Source: an uncultured Lachnospiraceae bacterium (GTDB lineage Bacteria; Bacillota; Clostridia; Lachnospirales; Lachnospiraceae). Taken from it: 64,000 nucleotides of DNA. Below are positions 54,043-63,391 of the stretch, in pieces. The notes beneath the pieces are model-generated. The model was given only the letters and a program-made list of their open reading frames with translations. It made no database searches and was not told the origin of the DNA. The position numbers were made by a program, and so were the translations under genes. Positions within the stretch are counted from its first letter, which is position 1; each line of letters begins with the position of its first letter. Location of the stretch: contig CAKRNX010000001.1 of NCBI GenBank assembly GCA_934371475.1, forward strand, positions 17,214-81,213. Reading direction: 5' to 3'.

Positions 54043-54864
54043 ATGTTAGCTGTAGAAAGAGAAAAAAAAATTCTGGATTATCTTTCAGAAAATCATGTGG
54101 CAACAACCCAGTCTCTGTGTGACCTTACAGATGCTTCCCTTGCCACAATCCGTCGTGATCTGAATACTCTTTCCGAGCGCGGCCTGCTGTTACGGACCCA
54201 CGGAGGAGCGCAGGTAATCAGCCATACAGAGACTCCTGCCGCTGTATCATCTGTTTCCGGCGGCAATGACGTGATCAGCGGACTGACTCTGCCTGATTAC
54301 GTCAACACGCCTCAGTATCAGTATAAAAATGCCATTGCCGCCAAGGCAGTGGATTTCATCCACTCCAATGACATTGTGTTTATCGGAGCCGGTGTAACAT
54401 GTACGCTTCTGTGCCGTCATCTCAATAACAGCAACCGGAAAAATGTCACGGTAGTCACGACCAATATTACCGGTGTGCTGGAGCTGGCACGCAATCCGCG
54501 TATTACGACCTTTCTGCTGGGTGGGACGGTTCACCGCGTGACCAATCACATTGAGACACTGGATGACTATACGCTGCAGAGTCTGAGCAAGCTCTTTTTT
54601 GACAAGGCATTTTTTACCGTGGACGGCATTGATCTGTACAATGGTTACTCGATCATCAACCATGCACAGCTGCAGCTGTTTCACTATCTGTTAGAGAACA
54701 CCAGCAAAATCTATATGCTGGCCAGTGAGGGAAAGTATGATAAACGCACCTTTACATATCTGTGCGACCTCGATGCGATCCCTTACGTGATCGCCAATGA
54801 GTGCATCAGGGATGAATACCGGAACTACTATCAGACACACGGGGTGACGCTGTATACGACATGA
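54043..54864 (+). CDS. DeoR family transcriptional regulator
   Basis: N-terminal wHTH (EREKKILDYLSENHVATTQSLCDLTDASLATIRRDLNTLSERGLL) and a C-terminal DeoR sugar-binding domain. Confidence 0.85.
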   Translation: MLAVEREKKILDYLSENHVATTQSLCDLTDASLATIRRDLNTLSERGLLLRTHGGAQVISHTETPAAVSSVSGGNDVISGLTLPDYVNTPQYQYKNAIAAKAVDFIHSNDIVFIGAGVTCTLLCRHLNNSNRKNVTVVTTNITGVLELARNPRITTFLLGGTVHRVTNHIETLDDYTLQSLSKLFFDKAFFTVDGIDLYNGYSIINHAQLQLFHYLLENTSKIYMLASEGKYDKRTFTYLCDLDAIPYVIANECIRDEYRNYYQTHGVTLYTT

Positions 54865-54903
54865 TAAGCTATCAGAATACTGGGTGACCCAGTTAAATTA
54901 TGA

Positions 54904-55095
54904 GGCTGCCTGCAGACTGGAACAGAATCACGCTGATCCATAGCGAGCATTCCGTCGGGAGGCCTGTGCTAGCTGCTGCCACCGAGCGCACTGTCTGAGC
55001 CGCAGGCGAGTAAGCGCGAATGGCAGCTAACTGGCGCACGGGCCAAGCAGGAAGCGCAGCGAGTCAGCGCTAACTGTTCCAGTCTGCAGGCAGCC
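54904..55095. repeat. 192-bp long palindrome with 22-bp perfect termini
   Basis: GGCTGCCTGCAGACTGGAACAG (54904-54925) is the exact reverse complement of 55074-55095. The interior is an imperfect GC-rich palindrome. Lies between convergent gene ends. Confidence 0.85.
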
Positions 55096-55099
55096 CGTT

Positions 55100-55444
55100 T
55101 CACTCCTCTTTTTTCCCGATCCGATCCTCTTCCTTGATCTCCCAGTGCAGCAGGAATGTCAGCGCCGCACGCAGGGCAATGATGCCGGCCACCAGAGCAA
55201 TCTCACTCCACTCGCGGACAATCACCGTTCTAAGGATCTCACTGCCGATCTTGAACTCCAGTCCCATCGACAGGCCTCTGGCCAGATAAACCCCCGTATC
55301 CCCTGCCCGGTGCAGCCATTTGATAAAGCCGGTCACGCCGCTCCAGATGATAATCGCCACACCGATAAATTCGAAAAGAAGTATCGCCACATTTGCAATA
55401 TTCTCCAGTATCTGCTCCAAAATCCCCACTACATAAAGTATCAT
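55100..55444 (-). CDS. DUF1622-like small membrane protein
   Basis: 114 aa, three hydrophobic helices. Pattern LLFEFIGVAIIIWSG...LGLEFKIGSEILRT is typical of DUF1622. Confidence 0.65.
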   Translation of the reverse strand: MILYVVGILEQILENIANVAILLFEFIGVAIIIWSGVTGFIKWLHRAGDTGVYLARGLSMGLEFKIGSEILRTVIVREWSEIALVAGIIALRAALTFLLHWEIKEEDRIGKKEE

Positions 55445-55617
55445 AACCTTCCCTCCTGTAAATTTCCGGCAGCTCCGTGACTGCCTGTTTCCCGGTACAG
55501 CTTACGTAAATCTTCCGCAGTTTCAAAAATGCTCCGGCATTTTAGTATAACATTTCGGCCAATTTTTCTCAACGTAATCTTCAATTATCCAAATACAATG
55601 CATAACTTTATTTCTGA

Positions 55618-55668
55618 TTCAAGAATGCCCCGGCAGGATTGCAGAGATGGGAGTCACTTTCCCATCTG
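55618..55668. repeat. Family-2 core fragment plus ATCAGATGG-type hairpin
   Basis: TTCAAGAATGCCCCGGCA, followed by AGATGGGAGTCACTTTCCCATCT (compare 8914-8943). Confidence 0.6.
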
Positions 55669-55767
55669 ATGTTTCGGTAAAAGCTTTTCTCCTTCTGCTA
55701 TTTTCTCTGGTTTTTTGCACCTTTTAGTGCTATGATACACAAAACGACATATTAAGAAGGTGACCGA

Positions 55768-57804
55768 ATGAACACGCAGAAACAGATCCTGGATCACATT
55801 GATACCGCTTATTCTTATCAGCTGGCCAAACAGATGGAACAATTCCGCTCCAATCCTGTGCTGGGCTACCGCCCTTCCGGCTCTGTGGCTGAATACGAGA
55901 CCGGCGAGATGCTGCTCCGGGAAATGACAGCTATCGGTCTGCAGCAGGTACATAAAGACGCCATCAAAGCCGACGGCTGGGAATTTCAGAGAGCCGTCCT
56001 CACCTGTACAGATGCCGATGGCACATCTCATCAGATCCAGCTGGGCGCATACCAGACAGAATTTATTACAGACGGCTCCACTGCATTTTCCCTTGTGTAT
56101 CTGGGCCGCGGAACTGAAGAAGATTATCAGGACCGGGATGTAACCGGCAAGCTTGTGCTGGCAGATATCAACCAGCGTGATGAATGGTGGATCAATTATC
56201 CGGTCTATCAGGCGCATCTGAAAGGTGCCAGCGCACTGATCGCCGTCCAGGACGGAGGATATGGTGAATTTGACGAGGAAGCCCTCAATGCCCAGGATAT
56301 TGCAGGGCCGTCCAGCGCGCCCGCTTTCTCCATTTCCAGAAAGGATGCCGCACTGCTGAAATCTCTGCTGGCGGAACAGGGCGGAGAGATTTCTGTTACC
56401 CTGGACGCTTTCAGCCGCATCATGCCCGACTGTACCACCTACAATATCGTAGGCATGATCCCCGGCATTCATCCTGATCGGATGATTATGCTTTCCGCTC
56501 ACTATGATTCCTATTTCTCCGGATTTCAGGATGACAACACCGCCATTGCCATGATGCTTGGCATCGCAAAGGCACTGACTGACAGCGGATACCGGCCGCA
56601 CAACACGCTGGTGTTCTGCGCTATGGCCGCAGAAGAATGGGGCGTCATTGATTCGGTCTTCGACTGGTCAACCGGTGCCTATGAGCAGGTATTTACCGCC
56701 CATCCCGAATGGGTGGGAAAAGTTATTGCTGATCTGAATTTTGAACTGCCCGCGCTTGCCCACGGCACCAGGGCCCGCATCCGCAGCTGCTATGAATATA
56801 CTTCCTACCTGAAGGAATTTCTGTCAGATCTGCCTGTCCTGACCCGAGCCTATCCGGAGGATCCCGCCGTCACTGCTCCGATTGAGACATGGTCTGACGA
56901 TTTTTCCATCGCCATCTCAGGTATTCCATCGATGGTCAACGATTTTACCGGCGGCAGTTTTATGGAGACCCACTATCACTCTCAGTTCGATAATGACAGT
57001 TTTTATGATGAACGTGTCTACCGGCTGCACCATGAGCTTTTTGCTCTGCTGGTTCATGCATTGGATCAGACAGCGGTGGTTCCGCTGTGTTTTTCACCAC
57101 TGTTTGAACGGCTTGCGAACGGCATTGCTGAACTGCAGTCCTACATCCGCCAGCAGGGCGTCCACCCGGAGCTGGAAAACAGTCTTGCAACCGCATCCGC
57201 TCTGCTCTCCTCCGCCGTGGAAAAAGCAGAACATGACTATGTACATATCCGGGAATGCAATCAGCTTTACCTGGATCATCTCCGGAACGGACGCAGCCGG
57301 GAAGCGGAAGAACTGTTCGTGCAAACCCGCGGACTGGAACGCGGCGCATTACAGTCATTTAAAAAGGAGCAGGATACCTTTGTCCGGATTGACTGGTATG
57401 GAAATGTATTCTGCACCCATGAAATCCTCGGTCAGAATATCCGTCTGCTGGAAGGCTGCATCCGCAACCTGGAAGAGCACAGTATTTCTTCTGCTCTGCG
57501 CAAACTCTATCAGGTGGACAACAATGCGTATGCTTTCATGTTTGACCGGGAAGTGTACCACCATTTCACAGACTCCATGCTGCATCAGCCAAAAGAACGT
57601 CTGAAATGGGGTTATCAAAGGCTGGCAGGACACGAAGATCTCTATGATCTCGTCAAAAGCCTGTTGCAAAAAGAAGCTTCGGGCAGCGAAGCGGACTGCT
57701 CACCCGAGATTGCAGGACTTATGAAAGTCTGCGACAGACAGTACCGGCTCTTATCTGAGAACATCGAACAGATCTGCCAGGTACTGAGAGAATATTTTAT
57801 ATAA
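55768..57804 (+). CDS. M28 family metallopeptidase with PA domain
   Basis: 678 aa. PA-domain insertion (GKLVLADINQRDEW), M28 zinc-ligand regions (SAHYDS, DDNTAIAMMLG, AEEWG) and a long helical C-terminal extension. Confidence 0.75.
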   Translation: MNTQKQILDHIDTAYSYQLAKQMEQFRSNPVLGYRPSGSVAEYETGEMLLREMTAIGLQQVHKDAIKADGWEFQRAVLTCTDADGTSHQIQLGAYQTEFITDGSTAFSLVYLGRGTEEDYQDRDVTGKLVLADINQRDEWWINYPVYQAHLKGASALIAVQDGGYGEFDEEALNAQDIAGPSSAPAFSISRKDAALLKSLLAEQGGEISVTLDAFSRIMPDCTTYNIVGMIPGIHPDRMIMLSAHYDSYFSGFQDDNTAIAMMLGIAKALTDSGYRPHNTLVFCAMAAEEWGVIDSVFDWSTGAYEQVFTAHPEWVGKVIADLNFELPALAHGTRARIRSCYEYTSYLKEFLSDLPVLTRAYPEDPAVTAPIETWSDDFSIAISGIPSMVNDFTGGSFMETHYHSQFDNDSFYDERVYRLHHELFALLVHALDQTAVVPLCFSPLFERLANGIAELQSYIRQQGVHPELENSLATASALLSSAVEKAEHDYVHIRECNQLYLDHLRNGRSREAEELFVQTRGLERGALQSFKKEQDTFVRIDWYGNVFCTHEILGQNIRLLEGCIRNLEEHSISSALRKLYQVDNNAYAFMFDREVYHHFTDSMLHQPKERLKWGYQRLAGHEDLYDLVKSLLQKEASGSEADCSPEIAGLMKVCDRQYRLLSENIEQICQVLREYFI

Positions 57805-57847
57805 CAGAAAGGATAAACAGCGCTTTTCGGCGCCAGTTAATGTAATT

Positions 57848-58483
57848 ATGGACAGCGATCGATTATACCGCGTACAAAAAGAAGATCTGCCCAAGCTGGA
57901 GCAGATGCTGAATCTGTGCTTTTGTCATGACCCTCTCTATGAAACGCTCATCCCGGATCCGGACGTGCGCAAACGTCTGATGCCGGAGCTTTTCCACTGT
58001 GATATGGATGAGTTTTTTGAGACGTGTGAAATCTTTGCAGACTCCCCCGAACTCAACGGGCTGCTGGTGGTTTCTGATGAAGCGGAACCCTATAATGTGT
58101 TTCAGTTTTATCTTTCTGAAGCCAAGGCCACGCTAATGACAGATGCCTGTCTGATCAAGGAGGATCCCTCCCTGAAGACTTTCTCCAATTTCATGAAAGG
58201 AGGAGACTACCTGAACTCCAGCTGGACCTCCCAGCTGCATCAGGACAACCGACTGCATATTATTTATCTGGCAGTGAACCCTGCCATGCAGCATCACGGG
58301 ATCGCGGCTGAACTGATGAACGAGGCTATTGCCTACGCCGAAAAACACCGGATGATGATCTCCCTGGAGACCCACAACGAAAAAAATCTGGAATTTTACC
58401 AGCAGTTTGGCTTCAAACTTTACGGCGTTCTCAAAAAAAATTTCCCGCTCAAGCAGTATTGCCTGATACGGGAAGTTCAGTAA
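57848..58483 (+). CDS. GNAT family N-acetyltransferase
   Basis: 211 aa. Acetyl-CoA binding region LAVNPAMQHHGIAAELMNEA and C-terminal FYQQFGFKLYG. Confidence 0.8.
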   Translation: MDSDRLYRVQKEDLPKLEQMLNLCFCHDPLYETLIPDPDVRKRLMPELFHCDMDEFFETCEIFADSPELNGLLVVSDEAEPYNVFQFYLSEAKATLMTDACLIKEDPSLKTFSNFMKGGDYLNSSWTSQLHQDNRLHIIYLAVNPAMQHHGIAAELMNEAIAYAEKHRMMISLETHNEKNLEFYQQFGFKLYGVLKKNFPLKQYCLIREVQ

Positions 58484-58609
58484 ATCAAAATACCCCGCTT
58501 CTCACTTACTGTGTGTGTACAGTCCTTAAGAAAGCGGGGTATTTCATTTTTATTCCTGTCAGCTGCGTCACCCCGAACCGAGTGCAGATTTCCTGTTATC
58601 ATTGATCGG

Positions 58610-58855
58610 TTATCTGTTCGCGAGAAACCAGGCGCCCCCCAGAAATCCCACAAAAAATCCGGTATATCCCACCGCACAGAAAATCACAGTCTGACCGCCG
58701 TGAAGTGTTCCCTTAACGGCCTCCACCGCCAGCGCCGAAGCACCCAGCGCTGCCAGGCACCAGAACACAATATTCACAACAAGAAAGATCCACGCAGTCT
58801 GCACATGGCTTATGTCATGAAGTTTTTCTGAAACATGATATAGTCGTTCCATCAT
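58610..58855 (-). CDS. Small membrane protein (81 aa)
   Basis: Starts 7 nt after the phoU stop. Two or three hydrophobic helices. No recognisable motif. Confidence 0.55.
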   Translation of the reverse strand: MMERLYHVSEKLHDISHVQTAWIFLVVNIVFWCLAALGASALAVEAVKGTLHGGQTVIFCAVGYTGFFVGFLGGAWFLANR

Positions 58856-58862
58856 AATCGCC

Positions 58863-59507
58863 TCACATCTTATGCTGTCCGGTGATGGAGAAAATCACCC
58901 ACTCGGCAATATTTGTAGCATGATCTCCGATACGCTCAAAGTATTTGGCTACCATCAGAAGATCTGCCGCCTGCTCTCCGTTATCTGCATTCTCGCGGAT
59001 CAGCACAATCAGTTCCTCCTTTACACGGTTAAACAGATCATCTACCACGTCATCATGGCGGATTACTTTTTTCGCCCGCTCCAGATCCTTCTCCACATAG
59101 GCCTGCAGACTGGAAATCAGCATCACCATCGTCTCCTTGGCCATCTGTTCAATATGGGTCAGTTTTTTAATATATGGAGTATCTGCCATCATAACCGTCA
59201 GTTCTGAAATATCCACCGCATGATCTCCAATTCTCTCCATATCTGTGATCATCTTCAGTGCTGCTGAAATCACACGCAGGTCTCTGGCTACCGGCTGCTG
59301 CTGCAGCAGGAGTTTCAGGCAGAGATTCTCAATTTGTCTCTCCTGCTGATCGATATCCCGATCGCCCTCCATCGCTGCTCTCGCCTCCTCGGCATTCTGA
59401 TGGATCAGTGCATCTACCGCAGACTCAATCGCCTGCTCAATCATGGTTCCCATGGTGATAATTTCTTCATTCAGCTGTGCAAGCTGTTCGTCAAAACGAT
59501 TCCGCAT
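58863..59507 (-). CDS. phoU: Phosphate signalling complex protein PhoU
   Basis: Trimmed to the ATG at 59507 (MRNRFDEQLAQLNEEII). Duplicated PhoU repeats with E(R)IGDH motifs (MERIGDHAVDI, FERIGDHATNI). Confidence 0.9.
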   Translation of the reverse strand: MRNRFDEQLAQLNEEIITMGTMIEQAIESAVDALIHQNAEEARAAMEGDRDIDQQERQIENLCLKLLLQQQPVARDLRVISAALKMITDMERIGDHAVDISELTVMMADTPYIKKLTHIEQMAKETMVMLISSLQAYVEKDLERAKKVIRHDDVVDDLFNRVKEELIVLIRENADNGEQAADLLMVAKYFERIGDHATNIAEWVIFSITGQHKM

Positions 59508-59553
59508 AATACTCAAACCCTTCCGTCTTCTATTTTCTTTGTTCTGTGATTTT

Positions 59554-59576
59554 TTCAAGAATACCCCGGCATTCTT
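59554..59576. repeat. Family-2 palindromic core
   Basis: TTCAAGAATACCCCGGCATTCTT, about 47 nt upstream of the phoU ATG. Confidence 0.6.
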
Positions 59577-59830
59577 TTCCATACTGCGTTTTTATTGTAT
59601 TCCGGCATTGTAAAATCAAGTATCCCGCGGATGTAAAATCAAAGTAAATTTTAAGTGCGATATTCCGCACGCGAACAGGCTGAGTCAGTAATTTTCCTCA
59701 ACATAAAAAGAGATGCGCGGATTTATTCCATACACATCTCTCATTCTTCTATATTATTATTGGGATTACAGTGTCAAAAAGTCTGATCCTGCCTGTGCCT
59801 GCATGCCTGTAACAATCCGGGTAATTCGGG

Positions 59831-59901
59831 TTCAAGAATGCCCCGGCATTCTTGCTGCGAGGTGCGCGTCATGCATCTGCATGGCATATTTCTTCTGCGC
59901 A
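59831..59901. repeat. Family-2 repeat, full length (type copy)
   Basis: TTCAAGAATGCCCCGGCATTCTTGCTGCGAGGTGCGCGTCATGCATCTGCATGGCATATTTCTTCTGCGCA. Confidence 0.8.
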
Positions 59902-59943
59902 GCGGCAGAACAACTCAGGAGATTCATTCTTTCATAAACTGTC

Positions 59944-60267
59944 TTACGCTTTGGCCCGTGTACTTTTTCTTTCTACCCATCCCCAGAGCTTATACATCAA
60001 AAAGCCCCAGACCAGAAACAGTGCAATCAGCCCCCACATGGGCACCGGTGAAGTATACCTTGTTCCATCGACATAATTCGAAAAGTTTGGGATGTCCGCA
60101 TAATAATATGCACCTGCTCCGAAGTCCAGGCTGTCAATGAGTCCCATGCCGTTTGCCATAATATACACTGCGGCAATGACAGTCAGTATCAGCACTGTGC
60201 CATTTATCATACGAAACCAGTTTCTCTTCTTTTCTGTCTTTTTCTTCATACCTGTCACCTTTTTCAT
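59944..60267 (-). CDS. Small membrane protein (107 aa), function unknown
   Basis: Trimmed to the ATG at 60267 (MKKVTGMKKKTEKKRNWF). Two TM helices flank a Tyr/Gly-rich loop. Confidence 0.55.
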   Translation of the reverse strand: MKKVTGMKKKTEKKRNWFRMINGTVLILTVIAAVYIMANGMGLIDSLDFGAGAYYYADIPNFSNYVDGTRYTSPVPMWGLIALFLVWGFLMYKLWGWVERKSTRAKA

Positions 60268-60342
60268 GTTTTCACTTTTACTTATTTTTTCAGCGATACC
60301 ATTCACAATTTCCCTGCGAACCACAGACTGTGCAGACCGCTA

Positions 60343-60461
60343 TTCAAGAATGCTCCAGCATTTTTGCTGCGAGGTATGTATCATCCATCTGCATGACATA
60401 TTTTTTTACGCACCTTCTGCATCTGCACTCCGTTTCGGTCGGCGACAACTCCGACATTCTG
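60343..60461. repeat. Family-2 repeat followed by family-3 fragment
   Basis: TTCAAGAATGCTCCAGCATTTTTGCTGCGAGGTATGTATCATCCATCTGCATGACATATTTTTTTACGCA, then CACTCCGTTTCGGTCGGCGACAACTCC. Confidence 0.75.
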
Positions 60462-60465
60462 CATC

Positions 60466-61845
60466 TTATGATGCCAGATTCGGCAGCGGGAAGAACTTTC
60501 CGCTTAAGAGCAGATACACTGCCGCAAATGTCAGCACAATATTGAACAGCTGTCCCACGATATACAGTGTCAGCGGTTTTCCGCCCTGGAACTGTTCTTT
60601 GATTTCACGGAAATTGGTATCCAGACCAATGCTGGTAAATGCCAGGACAAACGCCCAGTTCTTATACTGATCCAGCACACTGTTGATTGCTGAGACATTC
60701 TCTTTTCCGACAGCCGGAAGGAACACGAATGATGCAATCAGGGAAGCCGCAAAGAAACCAAGAATGAACTTCGGAAGTCTGTACCAGATTTCTGAGGTAC
60801 CTATTTTTCTGCTTCCGCTCTTTCCATTGTTCTCAACTTTTGTGGCAAAAAAGACTGCCACGGCAAAAGCGATAAATCCGATCAGAATATTCTGGATGGA
60901 TTTCACCAGCACCGCCACCGTCTGAGCTGTTTCACCCAGAGCCGTACCTGCCACTGTTACCGCACCTGTGGAGTCTACAGTACCGCCGATCAATGCGCCG
61001 CCCATCACTTCACCGAGCCCGGTCACACGGATCAGAACCGGTTCAAATACCATCATCAGCACGGTAAAAATAATAGAGATAGATACTGTGAGTGAAAGAT
61101 CATTTTTCTTTGCCTTGCTGGCTGCACCAACTGCAATCGCTGCTGAAGTACCGCAGACAGAAGTTGCCGTTGCCATAGTAATCACAAATGGTTTGTTATC
61201 AATCTTTAACACCCTGGTTCCGAACCACCACATGAAAATGATGACAATCGGTGTGACAATCCAAGCAATTCCGAGTCCGTATAATCCAAAATTGACGATA
61301 TTCGAAAACAGTACGGAAAATCCCATGATCACCAGTCCGGCCTTGATGTAAAACTCTGTCTGGATCGCCGGTCTCAGCCATTCCGGAACACCTACCGTAT
61401 TAGTGATTACAAGACCGATCAGAATCGCGAAAAATGCCCATTCCAGATAACGGTTTAATGTGTATTCCGCGCTGATAAATCTCACCAAAACTGCCAGAAG
61501 AAAAAGTCCCACAAAAGCCGGAAGGTATTTTTTCACAGACACTCCTTTCAGTTTATTTCCCACCACAAACAGTACACCGAGCACTGCCGCTGTCAGCACA
61601 AGTTTTCCGATCAGCCCTGCATTCAGCTGGTCAAAAAAGCTCGTTCCATTGCCCCAGGTACTGAATTTTGCTGCACTGAAATCGAATGCGCCGGTCAGTA
61701 CCGCAAAAGAAGCGACTGCGATAATGATAAATCCGATCCACACCGCAAGCCAGTCTTCTGTCTTCCAGAGATCGCTCAGATGAACTTTCCCTGTTGTCAC
61801 CACGTTCTCTGCCGCAGCAGCCTGTTTTCTCTTCTCTTCCTTCAT
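60466..61845 (-). CDS. YeiH/UPF0324 family putative sulfate exporter-type membrane protein
   Basis: Trimmed to the ATG at 61845 (GGAGGAGGG RBS). ~12 TM helices. SVCGTSAAIAVGAA is a typical YeiH family motif. Confidence 0.75.
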   Translation of the reverse strand: MKEEKRKQAAAAENVVTTGKVHLSDLWKTEDWLAVWIGFIIIAVASFAVLTGAFDFSAAKFSTWGNGTSFFDQLNAGLIGKLVLTAAVLGVLFVVGNKLKGVSVKKYLPAFVGLFLLAVLVRFISAEYTLNRYLEWAFFAILIGLVITNTVGVPEWLRPAIQTEFYIKAGLVIMGFSVLFSNIVNFGLYGLGIAWIVTPIVIIFMWWFGTRVLKIDNKPFVITMATATSVCGTSAAIAVGAASKAKKNDLSLTVSISIIFTVLMMVFEPVLIRVTGLGEVMGGALIGGTVDSTGAVTVAGTALGETAQTVAVLVKSIQNILIGFIAFAVAVFFATKVENNGKSGSRKIGTSEIWYRLPKFILGFFAASLIASFVFLPAVGKENVSAINSVLDQYKNWAFVLAFTSIGLDTNFREIKEQFQGGKPLTLYIVGQLFNIVLTFAAVYLLLSGKFFPLPNLAS

Positions 61846-61879
61846 AATGCCCTCCTCCGCAAAGCGAATTTTCCACAGC

Positions 61880-61952
61880 TTAGAGCGTGTTTGAAGAACA
61901 TTTCCACAAACCGAAAATGGCAGCTCACAAAAACCTTTTTCAAACATGCTCA
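61880..61952. repeat. Family-1 MITE-like repeat, short form, inverted orientation
   Basis: TTAGAGCGTGTTTGAAGAACATTTCCACAAACCGAAAATGGCAGCTCACAAAAACCTTTTTCAAACATGCTCA. Confidence 0.75.
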
Positions 61953-62093
61953 GCGCTTTACGCGTCTGAAACTGAGAAAATATCTCATTGCTCTCAAATA
62001 TCTTGGTACTGTTATATCGTTTCTCATACTATTTTGCTATGGATTATCAGTATTATTTTTTCCATAGGAATTTTGTCAGACAAATTTCCTATG

Positions 62094-62170
62094 AACAAAA
62101 GCGTGTTTCGCACACCCCACGGGCCACAACTTTGGCGGCACAGCTTTTGTCCCGCGCGCGAGCAGGCTGC
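62094..62170. repeat. Family-4 GC-rich repeat
   Basis: AACAAAAGCGTGTTTCGCACACCCCACGGGCCACAACTTTGGCGGCACAGCTTTTGTCCCGCGCGCGAGCAGGCTGC. Confidence 0.75.
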
Positions 62171-62174
62171 ACAT

Positions 62175-62214
62175 AAAAAACGCCTCCCACAGCAGTTTCC
62201 TGCCATGGAAAGCG
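62175..62214 (-). terminator. Intrinsic terminator after the substrate-binding protein gene
   Basis: On the minus strand: 15-bp stem (with G-U pairs) CGCTTTCCATGGCAG-GAAA-CTGCTGTGGGAGGCG followed by TTTTTT. Confidence 0.7.
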
Positions 62215-62238
62215 TCCGCTTTATTTCTGAATTTTCTG

Positions 62239-63255
62239 TTACTGAGCGTCTGTCAGAGAGGCTTCATAAAATGATCCGTCATACCAGTCGCTGACTGCAA
62301 ACTCTGTCTCAATCAGTTCGTAATCCTTTAAGAACTGTACCACAGACTGATAATTGTTCAGGGTCTCTTCTGTTGCTCCGACTGTTGTGCAGTAATCTTC
62401 CGGGGTCGGATAGACGATATCAATCAGATCTTCACTTGTTCCTGACTGAATATAGATCTCTCTCAGGGACTCCGGATTCTCTTTTACGTATTCCTGCGCC
62501 CGTTCCAGCGCCTTGAAATATGCTGTCAGAACATCTCCGTTTTCCTCCGCGTATTCTGTGCGCGCTACCCATGAGGTAATTCTTGCAAACTCTGCCACGC
62601 CCTCTGTATCATATAACAGCTTTGCGCTTCCGCTCTGTTCCAGTGTCACACCTTTCAGCTCAGAGACAGCCGCTGCATCCACGCTTCCTCCTGCAATCGC
62701 ATTCGCCGCATCCACTTCAGACATATTGACAAGTTCTACATCATCCGGGCTCAGTCCGTTGGCTTCCAGGATCTGATACAGAATCCTCTGCATATAGCTT
62801 CCTGTCTGCACCGCTATTGTGTGTCCTTTCAGTTCTGAAACTTCAGAAATATCCAGATCATTTTTGATGATCAGATGTGTGGAGTAATCAGACGGCTGTG
62901 CATCAATCAGCACCGTATCCGCACCGTTTGCCTTTGCCACGGCGGCAGGCACATCACCCATATTTCCCACATCGATTTCGCTGCTGGCCAGCGCCTGATT
63001 GATCGCAGGTCCTGCCTTTGCGAACGGAACCGGTTCAAACTCTGCCCCGACCTTTCCAAGTTCTTCCTCAAAATATCCCTGCTGCAGGGCAATTCCTGCA
63101 AGACCCGGAAGCACATCGGAATTTACAGCTGTATACCCAAAACGCAGGACTCTCGTATCTTCATCTGCCAGTGCCTGTACCGAAATTGCTACCGTCATCA
63201 CAGCTGCCGCTGCGAATGAAATTACTGCCAGTTTCAAAATTCTTTCTTTTCTCAT
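62239..63255 (-). CDS. ABC transporter substrate-binding protein, NMT1/SsuA (NitT/TauT) family
   Basis: 338 aa. Signal/anchor MRKERILKLAVISFAAAAVMTVAI. Type II PBP pattern typical of sulfonate/nitrate/taurine binders. Confidence 0.75.
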   Translation of the reverse strand: MRKERILKLAVISFAAAAVMTVAISVQALADEDTRVLRFGYTAVNSDVLPGLAGIALQQGYFEEELGKVGAEFEPVPFAKAGPAINQALASSEIDVGNMGDVPAAVAKANGADTVLIDAQPSDYSTHLIIKNDLDISEVSELKGHTIAVQTGSYMQRILYQILEANGLSPDDVELVNMSEVDAANAIAGGSVDAAAVSELKGVTLEQSGSAKLLYDTEGVAEFARITSWVARTEYAEENGDVLTAYFKALERAQEYVKENPESLREIYIQSGTSEDLIDIVYPTPEDYCTTVGATEETLNNYQSVVQFLKDYELIETEFAVSDWYDGSFYEASLTDAQ

Positions 63256-63391
63256 AATGACTCCTCCTCGTCTCTGATGCTGTTTCTATTCCGGAATTTT
63301 CCGCATCTGTGTTATGAGATTGTTTATACCCTATCTGTCCGGAAATTGCTATGGAATATTGTCTGAATTATTTCCTCAAATTCCAGTTCAG

